From the NCBI GenBank assembly GCA_965117015.1, contig OZ220747.1, positions 2,708,247 through 2,772,246 of the forward strand: DNA of 64,000 nucleotides, given 5' to 3'. The notes under the pieces are model-generated. The model did not search any database, had not been told where the DNA came from, and saw only the letters and a list, made by a program, of their open reading frames with translations. Below, in pieces: positions 50,706 to 60,558 of the stretch. Both the position numbers and the translations under genes were made by a program. How positions within the stretch are numbered: the first letter of the stretch is position 1; each line of letters starts with the position of its first letter. This stretch comes from Acidimicrobiales bacterium (GTDB lineage Bacteria; Actinomycetota; Acidimicrobiia; Acidimicrobiales; Aldehydirespiratoraceae).

Positions 50706-51848
50706 ATGCCCAGCGCACGACTTCGGGCGGCGCTGGTCGCGGCCGCCATTGCACTCGGGTCATGCGGCGAATCCGACAGTGCCGACGATCCGGTGCCGCA
50801 GGAGGCGACCACCTCCGAAGCCGCTGAGGCGACCACGACGGCGGTGACGTCGCTAGACATCCATGTGGACCGCTTCCCAACTGACATGCTCGACGAGGTC
50901 CTCGGCCGCGGCGAGCTGGTGTGCGGCGTGTCGGGCACGAGGGTGATCTTCTCGGAGACCCAGCCCGACGGCAGCGTGGTCGGGGTCGACGCCGACTACT
51001 GCCGGGTGGTGGCGGCCGCTCTGTTCGGCGACGCCGACGCGGTGAAGTACGTGTCGCTCACCACCGGGGAGCGCTTCACGGCGCTGCACACCGGCGTCAT
51101 CGACGTGCTCATTCGCAGCACCACGTGGACGCAGAGCCGCGACACCGAGCTGGGCCTGGACTTCGGGCCGGTGATCTACTACGACGGCCAGCAGCTGATG
51201 GCGCGGGCCTTCGACGGCTTCTCGCCGTCCTCGGGTGTGGCCGACATCGCCGGGGCGGTGGTGTGCGCCCTGGCCGGGACGACGACCGAGCAGAACGTCT
51301 CCGATGCGGCCGACGCCGCCGGGGTCGACATCACCGTCACGACCTTCGAGGACTTCGACCAGATTACGGAGAACTTCATTCAGGGAGCGTGCGACGTGGT
51401 CACCGCCGACGGCTCTGCGCTGGCCGGGCGCAAGGCGAAGCAGCAGCCCGACGACCAGGAGTGGGTGATTTTCCCGGCTACCCCGATCTCCAAGGAGCCG
51501 CTGGCCCCGGTGTACACCCAGAACCAGTCGCGCTTCGCCGACGTCGTGAACTGGGCGGTGTACGCCACCATCATCGCCGACGAGAAGGGCATCACCTCTG
51601 CCAACGTCGACGGCATGGCGGCCGACCCGCCCGACGCTGAGGCGGCCCGCCTGCTGGGCGTCTCCGACGACGAGCAGCAGTCGAACATGGGTCTGGCCCC
51701 CGACGCCTTCCGTCAGGCCATCTCCCAGGTGGGCAACTATGGCGAGATCCTCGGCCGGCACCTGGAGCCGGCCGGCCTCACCCGGGCGGGCTCGATCAAC
51801 GCGAGCTGGCGTGACGGCGGCCTCATATACGCTCCGCCGGCCCGCTGA
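50706..51848 (+). CDS. amino-acid ABC transporter substrate-binding lipoprotein (AapJ-like), copy 1
   Basis: Lipobox ALGSCG. Family-3 SBP pattern (LVCGVSG..., DVLIRSTTWTQSRD). Starts 18 nt after the arc stop. Confidence 0.8.
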   Translation: MPSARLRAALVAAAIALGSCGESDSADDPVPQEATTSEAAEATTTAVTSLDIHVDRFPTDMLDEVLGRGELVCGVSGTRVIFSETQPDGSVVGVDADYCRVVAAALFGDADAVKYVSLTTGERFTALHTGVIDVLIRSTTWTQSRDTELGLDFGPVIYYDGQQLMARAFDGFSPSSGVADIAGAVVCALAGTTTEQNVSDAADAAGVDITVTTFEDFDQITENFIQGACDVVTADGSALAGRKAKQQPDDQEWVIFPATPISKEPLAPVYTQNQSRFADVVNWAVYATIIADEKGITSANVDGMAADPPDAEAARLLGVSDDEQQSNMGLAPDAFRQAISQVGNYGEILGRHLEPAGLTRAGSINASWRDGGLIYAPPAR

Positions 51849-51970
51849 GGCCGAGAGGGTCGACGATTGCGATATAGGTGTGCCAACTATCTCCCGGTAG
51901 TGGCTTGAGACATGCGTCTCCGGCCGATACCGTGGCAGAGTCATTGACAACCAGCCCACGGAGGGAACCA

Positions 51971-53134
51971 GTGACCAAGAACAAAGCACTGCTATGGCGC
52001 GCGCTTGCCGTGCTGTTTGCCGTGACGTTGATCGCCGCGTCATGCGGTGACGACGACGGCGACGCAGAGGTAACAGCGCCTACTGAGACAGCGGCCCCGG
52101 CTACCGATGCCGAGCCTGCCGACACCACCACCACGGTGGGCGATGTCGTCGACGACACCCAGGACGGGGACCTTCTCGACACGGTCCTCGCCCGCGGCGA
52201 GCTGAACTGCGGCGTTTCCGGATCGGCGGTGGCTTTCTCTGAGACCCAGCCTGACGGCTCCCAGACCGGCTTCGACGCCGACTATTGCCGGGCGGTGGCC
52301 GCGGCGCTGTTCGGCGACGCCGGCGCGGTCGTGTTCACGCCTCTGACCGCGGCTGAGCGGTTCACCGCGGTGCAGACCGGCGAGGTCGACGTGCTGATGC
52401 GCAACACCACCTGGACCCAGAGCCGTGACACCGAGGTCGGCATGGACTTCGGTCCCACCACCTACTACGACGGCCAGCAGCTCATGGCCCGCGAGGGCGA
52501 CGGCTTCTCCGGAGCGTCCCAGGTGGTCGACATCGCCGGAGCGGTCGTGTGCACCAACGCCGGCACCACCACCGAGCAGAACATCGCCGACGCCGCTGAC
52601 GCCGCCGGGATCGACATCAACCTCACGACCTTCGAGGACTTCGACCAGGTCACCGAGAACTTCATCAACGGCGCCTGCGACGTCATCACGACAGACGGCT
52701 CGGCCCTGGTCGGGCGCAAGGCCAACCAGCAGCCCGCGGATGAGAACTGGGTGATCTTCCCGGCCACGCCAATCTCCAAGGAGCCCCTCGGCCCGACCTA
52801 CGGCCAGAACCAGTCCCGCTTCGCGGACGTGGTGAACTGGACCGTGTTCGCCACGATCATCGCCGATGAGAAGGGCATCACCTCCAGCAACGTGGCCGAC
52901 ATGGCGGCCAGCCCGCCCGACGCCGAGGCCGCCCGCCTGCTGGGCGCAGCCGACGACGAGCAGCAGTCGAACATGGGCCTGGCCCCCGACGCCTTCTACC
53001 AGGTGATCGCCCAGGTCGGGAACTACGACGAGATCTACTCCCGCCACCTCAACCCGGTCGGGCTGACCCGCGAGGGCTCGGCCAACGCCGGCTGGCTCGA
53101 CGGAGGCCTGATCTACGCGCCACCGGCACGGTAG
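51971..53134 (+). CDS. amino-acid ABC transporter substrate-binding lipoprotein (AapJ-like), copy 2
   Basis: GTG at 51971 after GGAGGGA. Lipobox IAASCG. Clearly paralogous to copy 1 along its full length. Confidence 0.8.
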   Translation: MTKNKALLWRALAVLFAVTLIAASCGDDDGDAEVTAPTETAAPATDAEPADTTTTVGDVVDDTQDGDLLDTVLARGELNCGVSGSAVAFSETQPDGSQTGFDADYCRAVAAALFGDAGAVVFTPLTAAERFTAVQTGEVDVLMRNTTWTQSRDTEVGMDFGPTTYYDGQQLMAREGDGFSGASQVVDIAGAVVCTNAGTTTEQNIADAADAAGIDINLTTFEDFDQVTENFINGACDVITTDGSALVGRKANQQPADENWVIFPATPISKEPLGPTYGQNQSRFADVVNWTVFATIIADEKGITSSNVADMAASPPDAEAARLLGAADDEQQSNMGLAPDAFYQVIAQVGNYDEIYSRHLNPVGLTREGSANAGWLDGGLIYAPPAR

Positions 53135-53182
53135 AGAACATCTCAAAAGCATGACCTAGTGAGCACGCTCGTCTAGGTTGAC

Positions 53183-53212
53183 GGGGGTCCGGGACAGCAG
53201 TCCCGGGCCCCC
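53183..53212 (+). terminator. strong hairpin (13-bp stem, AGCA loop) between the SBP genes and the permease genes; candidate attenuator or partial terminator
   Basis: GGGGGUCCGGGAC-AGCA-GUCCCGGGCCCCC (one G-U pair), followed by GUUGCCGUUUCCGU. Confidence 0.55.
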
Positions 53213-53266
53213 GTTGCCGTTTCCGTACTCGAAGACGGCGGTCCACCGCCCCGGAGGCGCCCCGGC

Positions 53267-54802
53267 GTGTCCAACACCGACCAAGCCACGCTGGCCGCGA
53301 CCCAGTCGCAGCGCCCGCCCTTCTACCGCGACGTCACCGTCGTCAAATGGCTGGCCCAGGTGTTCACGCTCCTGCTGGTCGTCTTCGCCCTGTTCTTCCT
53401 GACCACGCAGGCTCTCGAGAACCTCGACCGCCAGGGAATCGAGATCAAGTACGACTTCCTGAGCATCGGGCTCGGGAGCGATCTCCGTGAGGGCATCGAC
53501 ACCGATCCCGACACCGCCGGCCGGGCGTTGTGGGCCGGTGCGGTCAACACCATCCGCATCGCCGCGGGCGGGATCGTGGCGGCCACCATCCTCGGGGTGG
53601 TGATCGGCGTCGGGCGGCTGTCGAGCAATTGGATCGTCAGCCGCATGTGCAGCGTCTACATCGAGACGATGCGCAACATCCCGCTGCTCGTCCAGATCGT
53701 CTTCATCTGGGCTCTGGTCGCCACCCTCCCCAACGTGGAGCTGAACCAGGGGCCCATCAACGGTCTCCTGCACCTCTCCAACAAGGGGTTGTCAGTGCCG
53801 CGCGTGCACATCGACGACGGCTTCTACCAGTGGCTCATCTTCATTGGTGCCGGCTGGCTGGTCGGCACGCTCGTCAGGCGCCGCCAGGAGCGCCGCCACG
53901 ACGCCACCGGCCAAGACACCTACCCGGTGCTGAGCTTCCTGGCCGTGCTGGCCGCCTTCGGCGCGGTGGGCTGGTTCGCACACCCGATCTTCGGCTGGGT
54001 GGGCGCCATCTTCGACTTCATCGGCGACGGGTTCTCCTCGTTGACGCCGGTGGTCGTGCAGATCGTGCTGTCGCTGGCCGCGCTGGCCGCGGCGGCATGG
54101 TGGATCCGCCGCTTCCTGGCCCGGCTCCGCACGCCGGCGGGACTCATGAAGCTCACCGACGACGACAAGTTCCGCATCATCTTCGCCGGGGTGGGCGCCC
54201 TGGCGGTGATCGCATTCGTGCTGGTGGGCTGGCCCGGCCTGTCGAGCTGGATCATCAACTCCGGCACCGACCTGCTCGGGGTGATCGCCGACAAGTTCGG
54301 GGACGGCCGCACCGGGCGGCCCATCGACATCAAGGCGCCCGATGTCGAGCAGGTCGGCAACTTCCCCAACCCCGGCCCGGCCGGGCTGAACCTCACCCAG
54401 GGCGGCGCCGCGGTGTTCTTCGGTGTCGTGCTGTACACCGCGTCGTTCATCGCCGAGATCGTGCGGGGCGGCATCCTGGCCGTCCCGAAGGGCCAGACCG
54501 AGGCCGCTCAGGCGGTCGGGCTGCGCCGGATGACGATGCTGCGCCGGGTCATCCTGCCCCAGGCCTTCCGGGTGATACTCCCCCCGCTGGGCAACCAGTA
54601 CCTGAACCTCACCAAGAACACCTCGCTGGCCATCGCCGTGGGCTACAGCGACTTCGTGCAGGTGGGCCAGATCGTCTACAACCAGACGGGCAAGACGCTC
54701 GAAGTGATCTCCTTGTGGATGCTGTTCTACCTGGCCTGCTCATTGACGATCTCGGTGATCGTGAACTTCTTCAACATCCGCATGAAGATCGTGGAGCGCT
54801 GA
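53267..54802 (+). CDS. amino-acid ABC transporter permease (AapQ-like)
   Basis: 511 aa. EAA-type loop QTEAAQAVGLRRMTMLRRVILPQA. GTG start. Confidence 0.85.
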   Translation: MSNTDQATLAATQSQRPPFYRDVTVVKWLAQVFTLLLVVFALFFLTTQALENLDRQGIEIKYDFLSIGLGSDLREGIDTDPDTAGRALWAGAVNTIRIAAGGIVAATILGVVIGVGRLSSNWIVSRMCSVYIETMRNIPLLVQIVFIWALVATLPNVELNQGPINGLLHLSNKGLSVPRVHIDDGFYQWLIFIGAGWLVGTLVRRRQERRHDATGQDTYPVLSFLAVLAAFGAVGWFAHPIFGWVGAIFDFIGDGFSSLTPVVVQIVLSLAALAAAAWWIRRFLARLRTPAGLMKLTDDDKFRIIFAGVGALAVIAFVLVGWPGLSSWIINSGTDLLGVIADKFGDGRTGRPIDIKAPDVEQVGNFPNPGPAGLNLTQGGAAVFFGVVLYTASFIAEIVRGGILAVPKGQTEAAQAVGLRRMTMLRRVILPQAFRVILPPLGNQYLNLTKNTSLAIAVGYSDFVQVGQIVYNQTGKTLEVISLWMLFYLACSLTISVIVNFFNIRMKIVER

Positions 54803-54820
54803 CATGGGTGGAGTGCTGCG

Positions 54821-56962
54821 ATGACTGCGACGATGGGTGATCCGGCGGGCGCAGGTCCGGTGGAGCCATGGGACGGCGAGCGCGAGCCCGCCCAGAAGCC
54901 CGAGGAGCCGAGCCTGTCCGCGGGCGAGTGGCTCGGAAGGAACCTGTTCTCCTCCCCAGTCAACTCGCTGCTCACCGTCGTCTTCTCGCTGCTGGTGCTG
55001 CTGGCGGTGCGAGGCCTGCTCAACTTCACGTTCAGCGAGGAGCGAACCTGGCGGGCCGTCAAGACCAACATGCGGTTCCTGTTCACCCACGCCTACCCCC
55101 AGGATCAGTACGCCCGCATCTGGGTCTGCGTGGGCGCCATCGCGGTGCTCTCCGGGCTGTCGGTGGGGCTGCTGGCCCGGGCGGGCCGCGGCATCTCGAT
55201 GAAGAGGCTGTCGATGAACCTGATGGCCACCGGCAGTGTGATCGCGCTGGGGATCGTGCTGCGCGAGCCCTCGGCGATCGTCGACGACGAGGGCGTGGCC
55301 CTGCACCGCGACGCCTCAGCGGCCGGCGGCGACTCGTTCGCCGGCTGGCTGGACGCCAACGCCTTCACGGTGCTGGCCGTGCTGGTGCTGGCCAACGTCG
55401 CACTGGCGGTGTGGTTCCACCTCCAGGGCACCTACCTGCGAGGCGGGCCGGAGCCGAGGGTCGCTCACGGGGCGCTCGTACTGGTGAGCGTCGGGGTGCT
55501 CATCGTGCAGCAGTACGCCACCGGCGAGGTCGTCCGGGAGTCGTTCGCCGACGCCATGTCGGACCGGGCCTGGTGGTGGCTGGCCGCGGCCGTGCTCGCC
55601 GGCGGGGGAGCATCCTTGTGGCTCGGGCTGGGCGACGCCCGCCGGCGCAACACCTTCGTGCCGGCCATGTACGTGTTCTTCGCCGGCGCCGGGGTGATGG
55701 TGCTGTCGGCGTGGGTGTACCCGTGGGGGCACTACGGCTTCCTAGAGGGCGAGTTCATCAACGAGCCCGGCCGCACCGTGGCGATGACCACCAAGCTGCC
55801 GTGGACGGTCATGCTGGTCCTGCTGGTGGCCACCTACGAGCTGGGGCGGGTGCTCAGGGCGGCCGGGGCGGGCCCGAAGCTGCGGGTCCCGCTGAACCTG
55901 CTGTGGGTGCTGACCCCCTTCGTCCTGTACTGGGCCGTGTTGCGCGACCCCGACCTCGACTGGGACCACGTGCTGTCCACCGACCTCCCGATGGCAGTGT
56001 TCTTCGCCGCCTTCGGGGGCCTGGTGGTGTGGTTCCTGACCCACCCCCACATCGGCGAGGCCGGAAGAGTGGTCGCCGTCGTGCTGGTGGTGGTGGCCGC
56101 GCTCAACTGGGTGGCCGCGTACTTCGGGTGGTACCCGATGCTGCAGAAGGCGCGAATCAGTTTCCTGCTGCTGGCGGTGGTCGCCCTGCTGGCCCACAAC
56201 TTCGCCGGGGACCGCGGCCAGCGGATGAAGCTGGTGGCCGTGTGGGTGGCGACTATGGCCGTGTTCCACTGGCTGGTCACGCTGGTCAACTCGCCCTCGA
56301 CCGTCGACACGCCCACCGACGCCCTGATCGGCGGCTTCGGCATCACCCTCATCGTGGCCGTGTTCACGCTGCTGCTGGCCTTCCCGATGGGGGTGCTGCT
56401 GGCGCTGGCCCGCACGTCCAAGCTGCCCATCTTCAGGGTGCTGGCCACCGCCTACATCGAGGTGTTCCGGGGCGTGCCGCTGATCACGGTGCTGTTCTTC
56501 TTCACCCTGATCTTCAACCTGTTCCTTCCCGACAACATGACGCTGGTGGACATCGCCGGGGCCACCATCGGCTTCGCGCTGTTCTCGGCCGCCTACCTGG
56601 CCGAGAACGTCCGCGGCGGGTTGCAGGCCGTCCGCCGGGGCCAGTACGAGGCCTCCGACGCGGTCGGGTTCACCACCGTCCAGCGCACCCTGTTCATCGT
56701 GCTGCCCCAGGCGCTGCGGGTGTCGATACCGCCGCTCGTCGGCCAGGTGATCGCCACGTTCAAGGAGACCTCGCTGCTGGCCATCGTCGGGATATTCGAC
56801 TTCCTGCGGATCGCCGACAAGGTCATCTCCGCCCAGTCCGAGTTCCTCGGCGTCAAGCGCGAGGGCCTGCTGTTCGTGTCGTTCATCTACTGGATCTTCG
56901 CCTACAACATGTCCAAGCACAGCCAGCGCCTCGAGAAGCGGCTGGGAGTGGGGGAGCGCTAG
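54821..56962 (+). CDS. amino-acid ABC transporter permease (AapM-like) with a long extra N-terminal membrane region
   Basis: 713 aa. The canonical permease core lies in the last third or so ([24 protein letters not shown]). It is preceded by many additional hydrophobic segments. Confidence 0.8.
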   Translation: MTATMGDPAGAGPVEPWDGEREPAQKPEEPSLSAGEWLGRNLFSSPVNSLLTVVFSLLVLLAVRGLLNFTFSEERTWRAVKTNMRFLFTHAYPQDQYARIWVCVGAIAVLSGLSVGLLARAGRGISMKRLSMNLMATGSVIALGIVLREPSAIVDDEGVALHRDASAAGGDSFAGWLDANAFTVLAVLVLANVALAVWFHLQGTYLRGGPEPRVAHGALVLVSVGVLIVQQYATGEVVRESFADAMSDRAWWWLAAAVLAGGGASLWLGLGDARRRNTFVPAMYVFFAGAGVMVLSAWVYPWGHYGFLEGEFINEPGRTVAMTTKLPWTVMLVLLVATYELGRVLRAAGAGPKLRVPLNLLWVLTPFVLYWAVLRDPDLDWDHVLSTDLPMAVFFAAFGGLVVWFLTHPHIGEAGRVVAVVLVVVAALNWVAAYFGWYPMLQKARISFLLLAVVALLAHNFAGDRGQRMKLVAVWVATMAVFHWLVTLVNSPSTVDTPTDALIGGFGITLIVAVFTLLLAFPMGVLLALARTSKLPIFRVLATAYIEVFRGVPLITVLFFFTLIFNLFLPDNMTLVDIAGATIGFALFSAAYLAENVRGGLQAVRRGQYEASDAVGFTTVQRTLFIVLPQALRVSIPPLVGQVIATFKETSLLAIVGIFDFLRIADKVISAQSEFLGVKREGLLFVSFIYWIFAYNMSKHSQRLEKRLGVGER

Positions 56963-57002
56963 CCGTGCCGACCGTCTATACAGACCGCAGGGGGAGGAAG
57001 CC

Positions 57003-57782
57003 ATGAGCGTCAGCGACGCCACCACTGCCTTGACCGAGGAGCTCGCCGCCCGCGACGACATGATCGTCTGCGAGGGGGTCAACAAGTGGTTCGGGGACTT
57101 CCAGGCCCTCGACGGGATCACCGCCGTCATCAAGGAGCGCGAGGTCGTGGTAGTGCTCGGCCCGTCGGGCTCGGGAAAGTCCACTTGGATCCGCTGCATC
57201 AACCGCCTCGAGGCCCATCAGGAGGGCCGCATCCTCGTCGACGGCGTGGAGTTGACCAACGACCTGCGCAACATCGAGAAGATCCGCTCCGAAGTCGGCA
57301 TGGTGTTCCAGCAGTTCAACCTGTTCCCGCATCTCACCGTGCTCGACAACGTCATGCTGGCGCCCATCTGGGTGCGCAAGAAGCCGAAGGACGAGGCCGA
57401 GGAGCTGGCCCGCTCGCTGCTGGAGCGGGTCGGCATACCCGAGCAGGCCGAGAAGTACCCGGGTCAGCTCTCCGGTGGCCAGCAGCAGCGGGTGGCCATC
57501 GCCCGGGCGCTGGCCATGGAGCCGAGGATCATGCTCTTCGACGAGCCCACCTCCGCCCTCGATCCCGAGATGATCAAGGAGGTGCTCGACGTGATGAAGG
57601 AGCTGGCCCTGTCGGGCATGACCATGATGGTGGTCACCCACGAGATGGGCTTCGCCCGGGAGGTCGCCGACCGGGTGATCTTCATGGAGGACGGCCAGAT
57701 AGTCGAGACCGGCACTCCCGAGCACTTCTTCACCAATCCCCAGGAGGAGCGGACCAAGCTGTTCCTCTCCCAGATCCTCTAG
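57003..57782 (+). CDS. amino-acid ABC transporter ATP-binding protein
   Basis: Walker [10 protein letters not shown], signature [15 protein letters not shown] and Walker [13 protein letters not shown]. Confidence 0.92.
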   Translation: MSVSDATTALTEELAARDDMIVCEGVNKWFGDFQALDGITAVIKEREVVVVLGPSGSGKSTWIRCINRLEAHQEGRILVDGVELTNDLRNIEKIRSEVGMVFQQFNLFPHLTVLDNVMLAPIWVRKKPKDEAEELARSLLERVGIPEQAEKYPGQLSGGQQQRVAIARALAMEPRIMLFDEPTSALDPEMIKEVLDVMKELALSGMTMMVVTHEMGFAREVADRVIFMEDGQIVETGTPEHFFTNPQEERTKLFLSQIL

Positions 57783-57804
57783 CCCCGACAACCCGTCGCT
57801 CTTC

Positions 57805-57952
57805 TCGCTAGCGTCGGCCCGTGGCTGTCCCTAAGACGCTCGGCTGTGGTGCCCGCTCTCGTTCGCTTCGCTCACGGGCCGCTCGGGCCCTGCCTCGCTC
57901 GGCGTTCTGAGTCGCTAGCGTCGGCCCGTGGCTGTCCCTAAGACGCTCGGCT
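57805..57952 (+). repeat. 41-nt direct duplication of the dop start region, flanking a 66-nt insert
   Basis: TCGCTAGCGTCGGCCCGTGGCTGTCCCTAAGACGCTCGGCT at 57805-57845 and at 57912-57952. The insert contains the dispersed repeat core (57851-57880). The upstream copy opens a decoy ORF of 29 sense codons plus a stop (57821-57910). Confidence 0.9.
57851..57880 (-). repeat. inverted copy of the 44728-type dispersed repeat core
   Basis: The reverse complement GGCCCGTGAGCGAAGCGAACGAGAGCGGGC matches the 44738-44767 core with one mismatch. Confidence 0.9.
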
Positions 57953-59445
57953 TGGAGACCGAGTACGGCATCGTTCACCGGGGCGCTCCGGAGCCCAACC
58001 CGATCTCGGCCTCCTCGCTGCTGATCAACGCCTACCTGATCGCCACCCATCAGGCACCCGAGCCGGGCCGGGCCGCGGTGGGCTGGGACTTCACCGACGA
58101 GACACCCGGCAACGACGCCCGGGGCGGCGCTCCCGCGGGCTCGCTCGCGCCCGAGATCGAGACCCACCTGGTGAACGCGGTGCTCACCAACGGCGCCCGC
58201 TACTACGTCGACCATGCCCACCCCGAACTGTCCACGCCTGAGTGCGCCGATGCCCGCTCGGTGGTCGTCTACGACCGGGCTGCCGAGCTGATCGCGGCCC
58301 GCTCCATGGAGGCGGCCCGGATGCTGCTGCCACCGGACGAGGAGATCGTGGTCTACAAGAACAACTCCGACGGCAAGGGCAACAGCTACGGCTGCCACGA
58401 GAACTACCTGGTGAGCCGGTCGGTGCCGTTCTCGCGCATCGTCACCCACGCCACCGCGCACTTCGTGACCCGCCAGATCTTCTGCGGTGCGGGCAAGATG
58501 GGCAGCGAGACCTCCGGGATGCGCCTGGACGAGGCCGGCTACCAGATATCCCAGCGGGCCGACTTCATCGAGGAGGAGGTCGGCCTGGAGACCACCCTCA
58601 AGCGTCCCATCGTCAACACCCGCGACGAGCCTCACGCCGATGCGGCCAAGTACCGGCGCCTGCATGTGATCGTGGGCGACGCCAACATGTCGCAGGTGGC
58701 CACGTTCCTCAAGGCAGGCACGACTGCGCTGGTCATGGCCCTCACCGAGGACGACGCCGTGCCCCGCGAGCTGCGCTTCGCCACGCCGGTGGCGGCGCTT
58801 CGCCAGGTCAGCCGCGACCTGTCGCTGCGTGAGCCGCTGGAACTCGTCGACGGCTCCACGATCACCGCTATGGGCGTGCAGTGGGAGCTGCTGGCCGCGG
58901 CCCGCGCCTATGTGGAGACAAGCGGCGCGGACGCGGTGGGCGGCGATGTCGCCCACCAGGTTCTGGATCGCTGGGAGGCAGTGCTCGGCGGTCTGGAGCG
59001 CGACCCGATGAAGCTGGCCACCCAGGTCGACTGGGTGGCCAAGCTCCGGTTGCTGGAGGGCTTCCGGTCCCGCCATGGCCTCGACTGGGAGGACGCCCGG
59101 CTCAGGGCTCTCGACATCCAGTACCACGACCTGCGCCCCGCCAAGTCGCTGGCGGCCAGGGCAGGGCTGGAGACTCTGGTGGACGAGGCGGAGGCCGAGC
59201 TGGCCATGACCGAGCCGCCGCCCGATACCCGCGCCTTCTTCAGGGGGCGCTGCCTGCAACGCTTCGCGTCGGAGGTGGTGGCGGCCAACTGGGATTCGAT
59301 CGTCTTCGACGTGGGTGAGGGCTCGCTGCGGCGGGTCTCCATGACCGAGCCGACGCGGGGAACCGTCGCCCACGTGGGCGCGATGTTCGACGAATGCGGC
59401 TCCGCGATCGACCTGCTTCGCCGCTTGGGCGCTGCGGGCGCGTAA
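57928..59445 (+). CDS. dop: Pup deamidase/depupylase Dop
   Basis: GTG start. LGLETEYGIV... of the PafA/Dop carboxylate-amine ligase family. Positioned immediately upstream of pup. Confidence 0.9.
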   Translation: MAVPKTLGLETEYGIVHRGAPEPNPISASSLLINAYLIATHQAPEPGRAAVGWDFTDETPGNDARGGAPAGSLAPEIETHLVNAVLTNGARYYVDHAHPELSTPECADARSVVVYDRAAELIAARSMEAARMLLPPDEEIVVYKNNSDGKGNSYGCHENYLVSRSVPFSRIVTHATAHFVTRQIFCGAGKMGSETSGMRLDEAGYQISQRADFIEEEVGLETTLKRPIVNTRDEPHADAAKYRRLHVIVGDANMSQVATFLKAGTTALVMALTEDDAVPRELRFATPVAALRQVSRDLSLREPLELVDGSTITAMGVQWELLAAARAYVETSGADAVGGDVAHQVLDRWEAVLGGLERDPMKLATQVDWVAKLRLLEGFRSRHGLDWEDARLRALDIQYHDLRPAKSLAARAGLETLVDEAEAELAMTEPPPDTRAFFRGRCLQRFASEVVAANWDSIVFDVGEGSLRRVSMTEPTRGTVAHVGAMFDECGSAIDLLRRLGAAGA

Positions 59446-59489
59446 CCTCTCCTACAAGTTGAGCCAGGTATCGAGCCGGGAGGAATCCA

Positions 59490-59684
59490 GTGGCCGAACG
59501 AGAGCAGATCCGCAAGCCGGCGCCGGCGAGCCGCGAGCAGTCCGTAGAGGAGGCGCCGCCCGCGTCCGAGCGGGGCTCGGACATCAAGGCCCAGCTCGAC
59601 GATCTGCTCGACGAGATCGACGAGGTGCTCGAGACCAACGCTGAGGACTTCGTCAAGAGCTACATCCAAAAGGGCGGCGAGTGA
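59490..59684 (+). CDS. pup: prokaryotic ubiquitin-like protein Pup, ending in Gly-Gly-Glu
   Basis: 64 aa with a GTG start after GGGAGG. ...[28 protein letters not shown]. Confidence 0.95.
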   Translation: MAEREQIRKPAPASREQSVEEAPPASERGSDIKAQLDDLLDEIDEVLETNAEDFVKSYIQKGGE

Positions 59685-60511
59685 GCCTGCCCCGTTTCGG
59701 GCCGCACGACGATCCCGGCCCCGACTTTGCCGCGCTGCTGCGCCTCACCGGCGCTGGCGGGGAGGCCGGTTCGCTCGGCACGGTCGCCCAGCACCCGCAG
59801 GCCCCGCCGGAGATCCCCCACGGCACCACCTGCGTGGCCGTGCGCTACGACTCGGGCGTGGTCATGGCCGGAGACCGGCGAGCGACCGCGGGGCATCTGA
59901 TCAGCAACCACCGCATCGAGAAGGTGTTCCCCGCCGACCGGCATTCCGGCGTGGCCATCGCGGGCGCGGCCGGGCCGTCGACCGAGATGGTGAGGCTGTT
60001 CCAGCTCCAGCTCGAGCACTACGAGAAGGTGGAGGGCATCCCGATCAGCCTGGAGGGCAAGGCCAACCAGCTTGGCCAGATGGTGAGGGCCAACCTGCCC
60101 GCGGCCATGCAGGGGCTGGTGGTGGTGCCGATCTTCGCGGGCTTCGACACGGCCGCCTCCAGGGGCCGCATCTTCGAGTACGACGTCACCGGCGGGCGCT
60201 ACGAGGAGCGGGATCACGCGGCCACCGGCTCGGGCTCGCTGCACGCCAACACGGTGGTGAAGCTGGGGTTCCGCCCGTCGATGGCGAGGGCTGCGGCTGT
60301 GGACCTGGTGCTGGACGCGCTGTACGTGGCCGCCGACGCGGATTCCGCCACCGGCGGACCCGACCCGGTGCGCGACGTGTTCCCTGTGGTGGCCATGATC
60401 GACGCCGACGGCTACGTGCGCCTCGACGACGCCGAGTTGCGCCGCCGCACGGAGCGGCTGCTGCGCCGCCACCGCAGCCGGCGAGAGGGCGACCAGCGGA
60501 GCAAGTCATGA
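59681..60511 (+). CDS. prcB: 20S proteasome beta subunit
   Basis: The GTG overlaps the pup stop (GTGA). A propeptide of about 48 aa precedes the catalytic Thr (HG|TTCVAVRYD). Confidence 0.95.
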   Translation: MSLPRFGPHDDPGPDFAALLRLTGAGGEAGSLGTVAQHPQAPPEIPHGTTCVAVRYDSGVVMAGDRRATAGHLISNHRIEKVFPADRHSGVAIAGAAGPSTEMVRLFQLQLEHYEKVEGIPISLEGKANQLGQMVRANLPAAMQGLVVVPIFAGFDTAASRGRIFEYDVTGGRYEERDHAATGSGSLHANTVVKLGFRPSMARAAAVDLVLDALYVAADADSATGGPDPVRDVFPVVAMIDADGYVRLDDAELRRRTERLLRRHRSRREGDQRSKS

Positions 60512-60558
60512 CGATGCCCTTCTGTGTGGCGCCAGCCAGGGGCGGTGATCCGCGATGA
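60508..60558 (+). other. 16-codon mini-ORF whose ATG overlaps the prcB stop and whose TGA overlaps the prcA ATG
   Basis: ATGA at 60508-60511 and at 60555-60558. The first 16 nt, ATGACGATGCCCTTCT, are identical to the prcA start (60555-60570). Confidence 0.4.
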
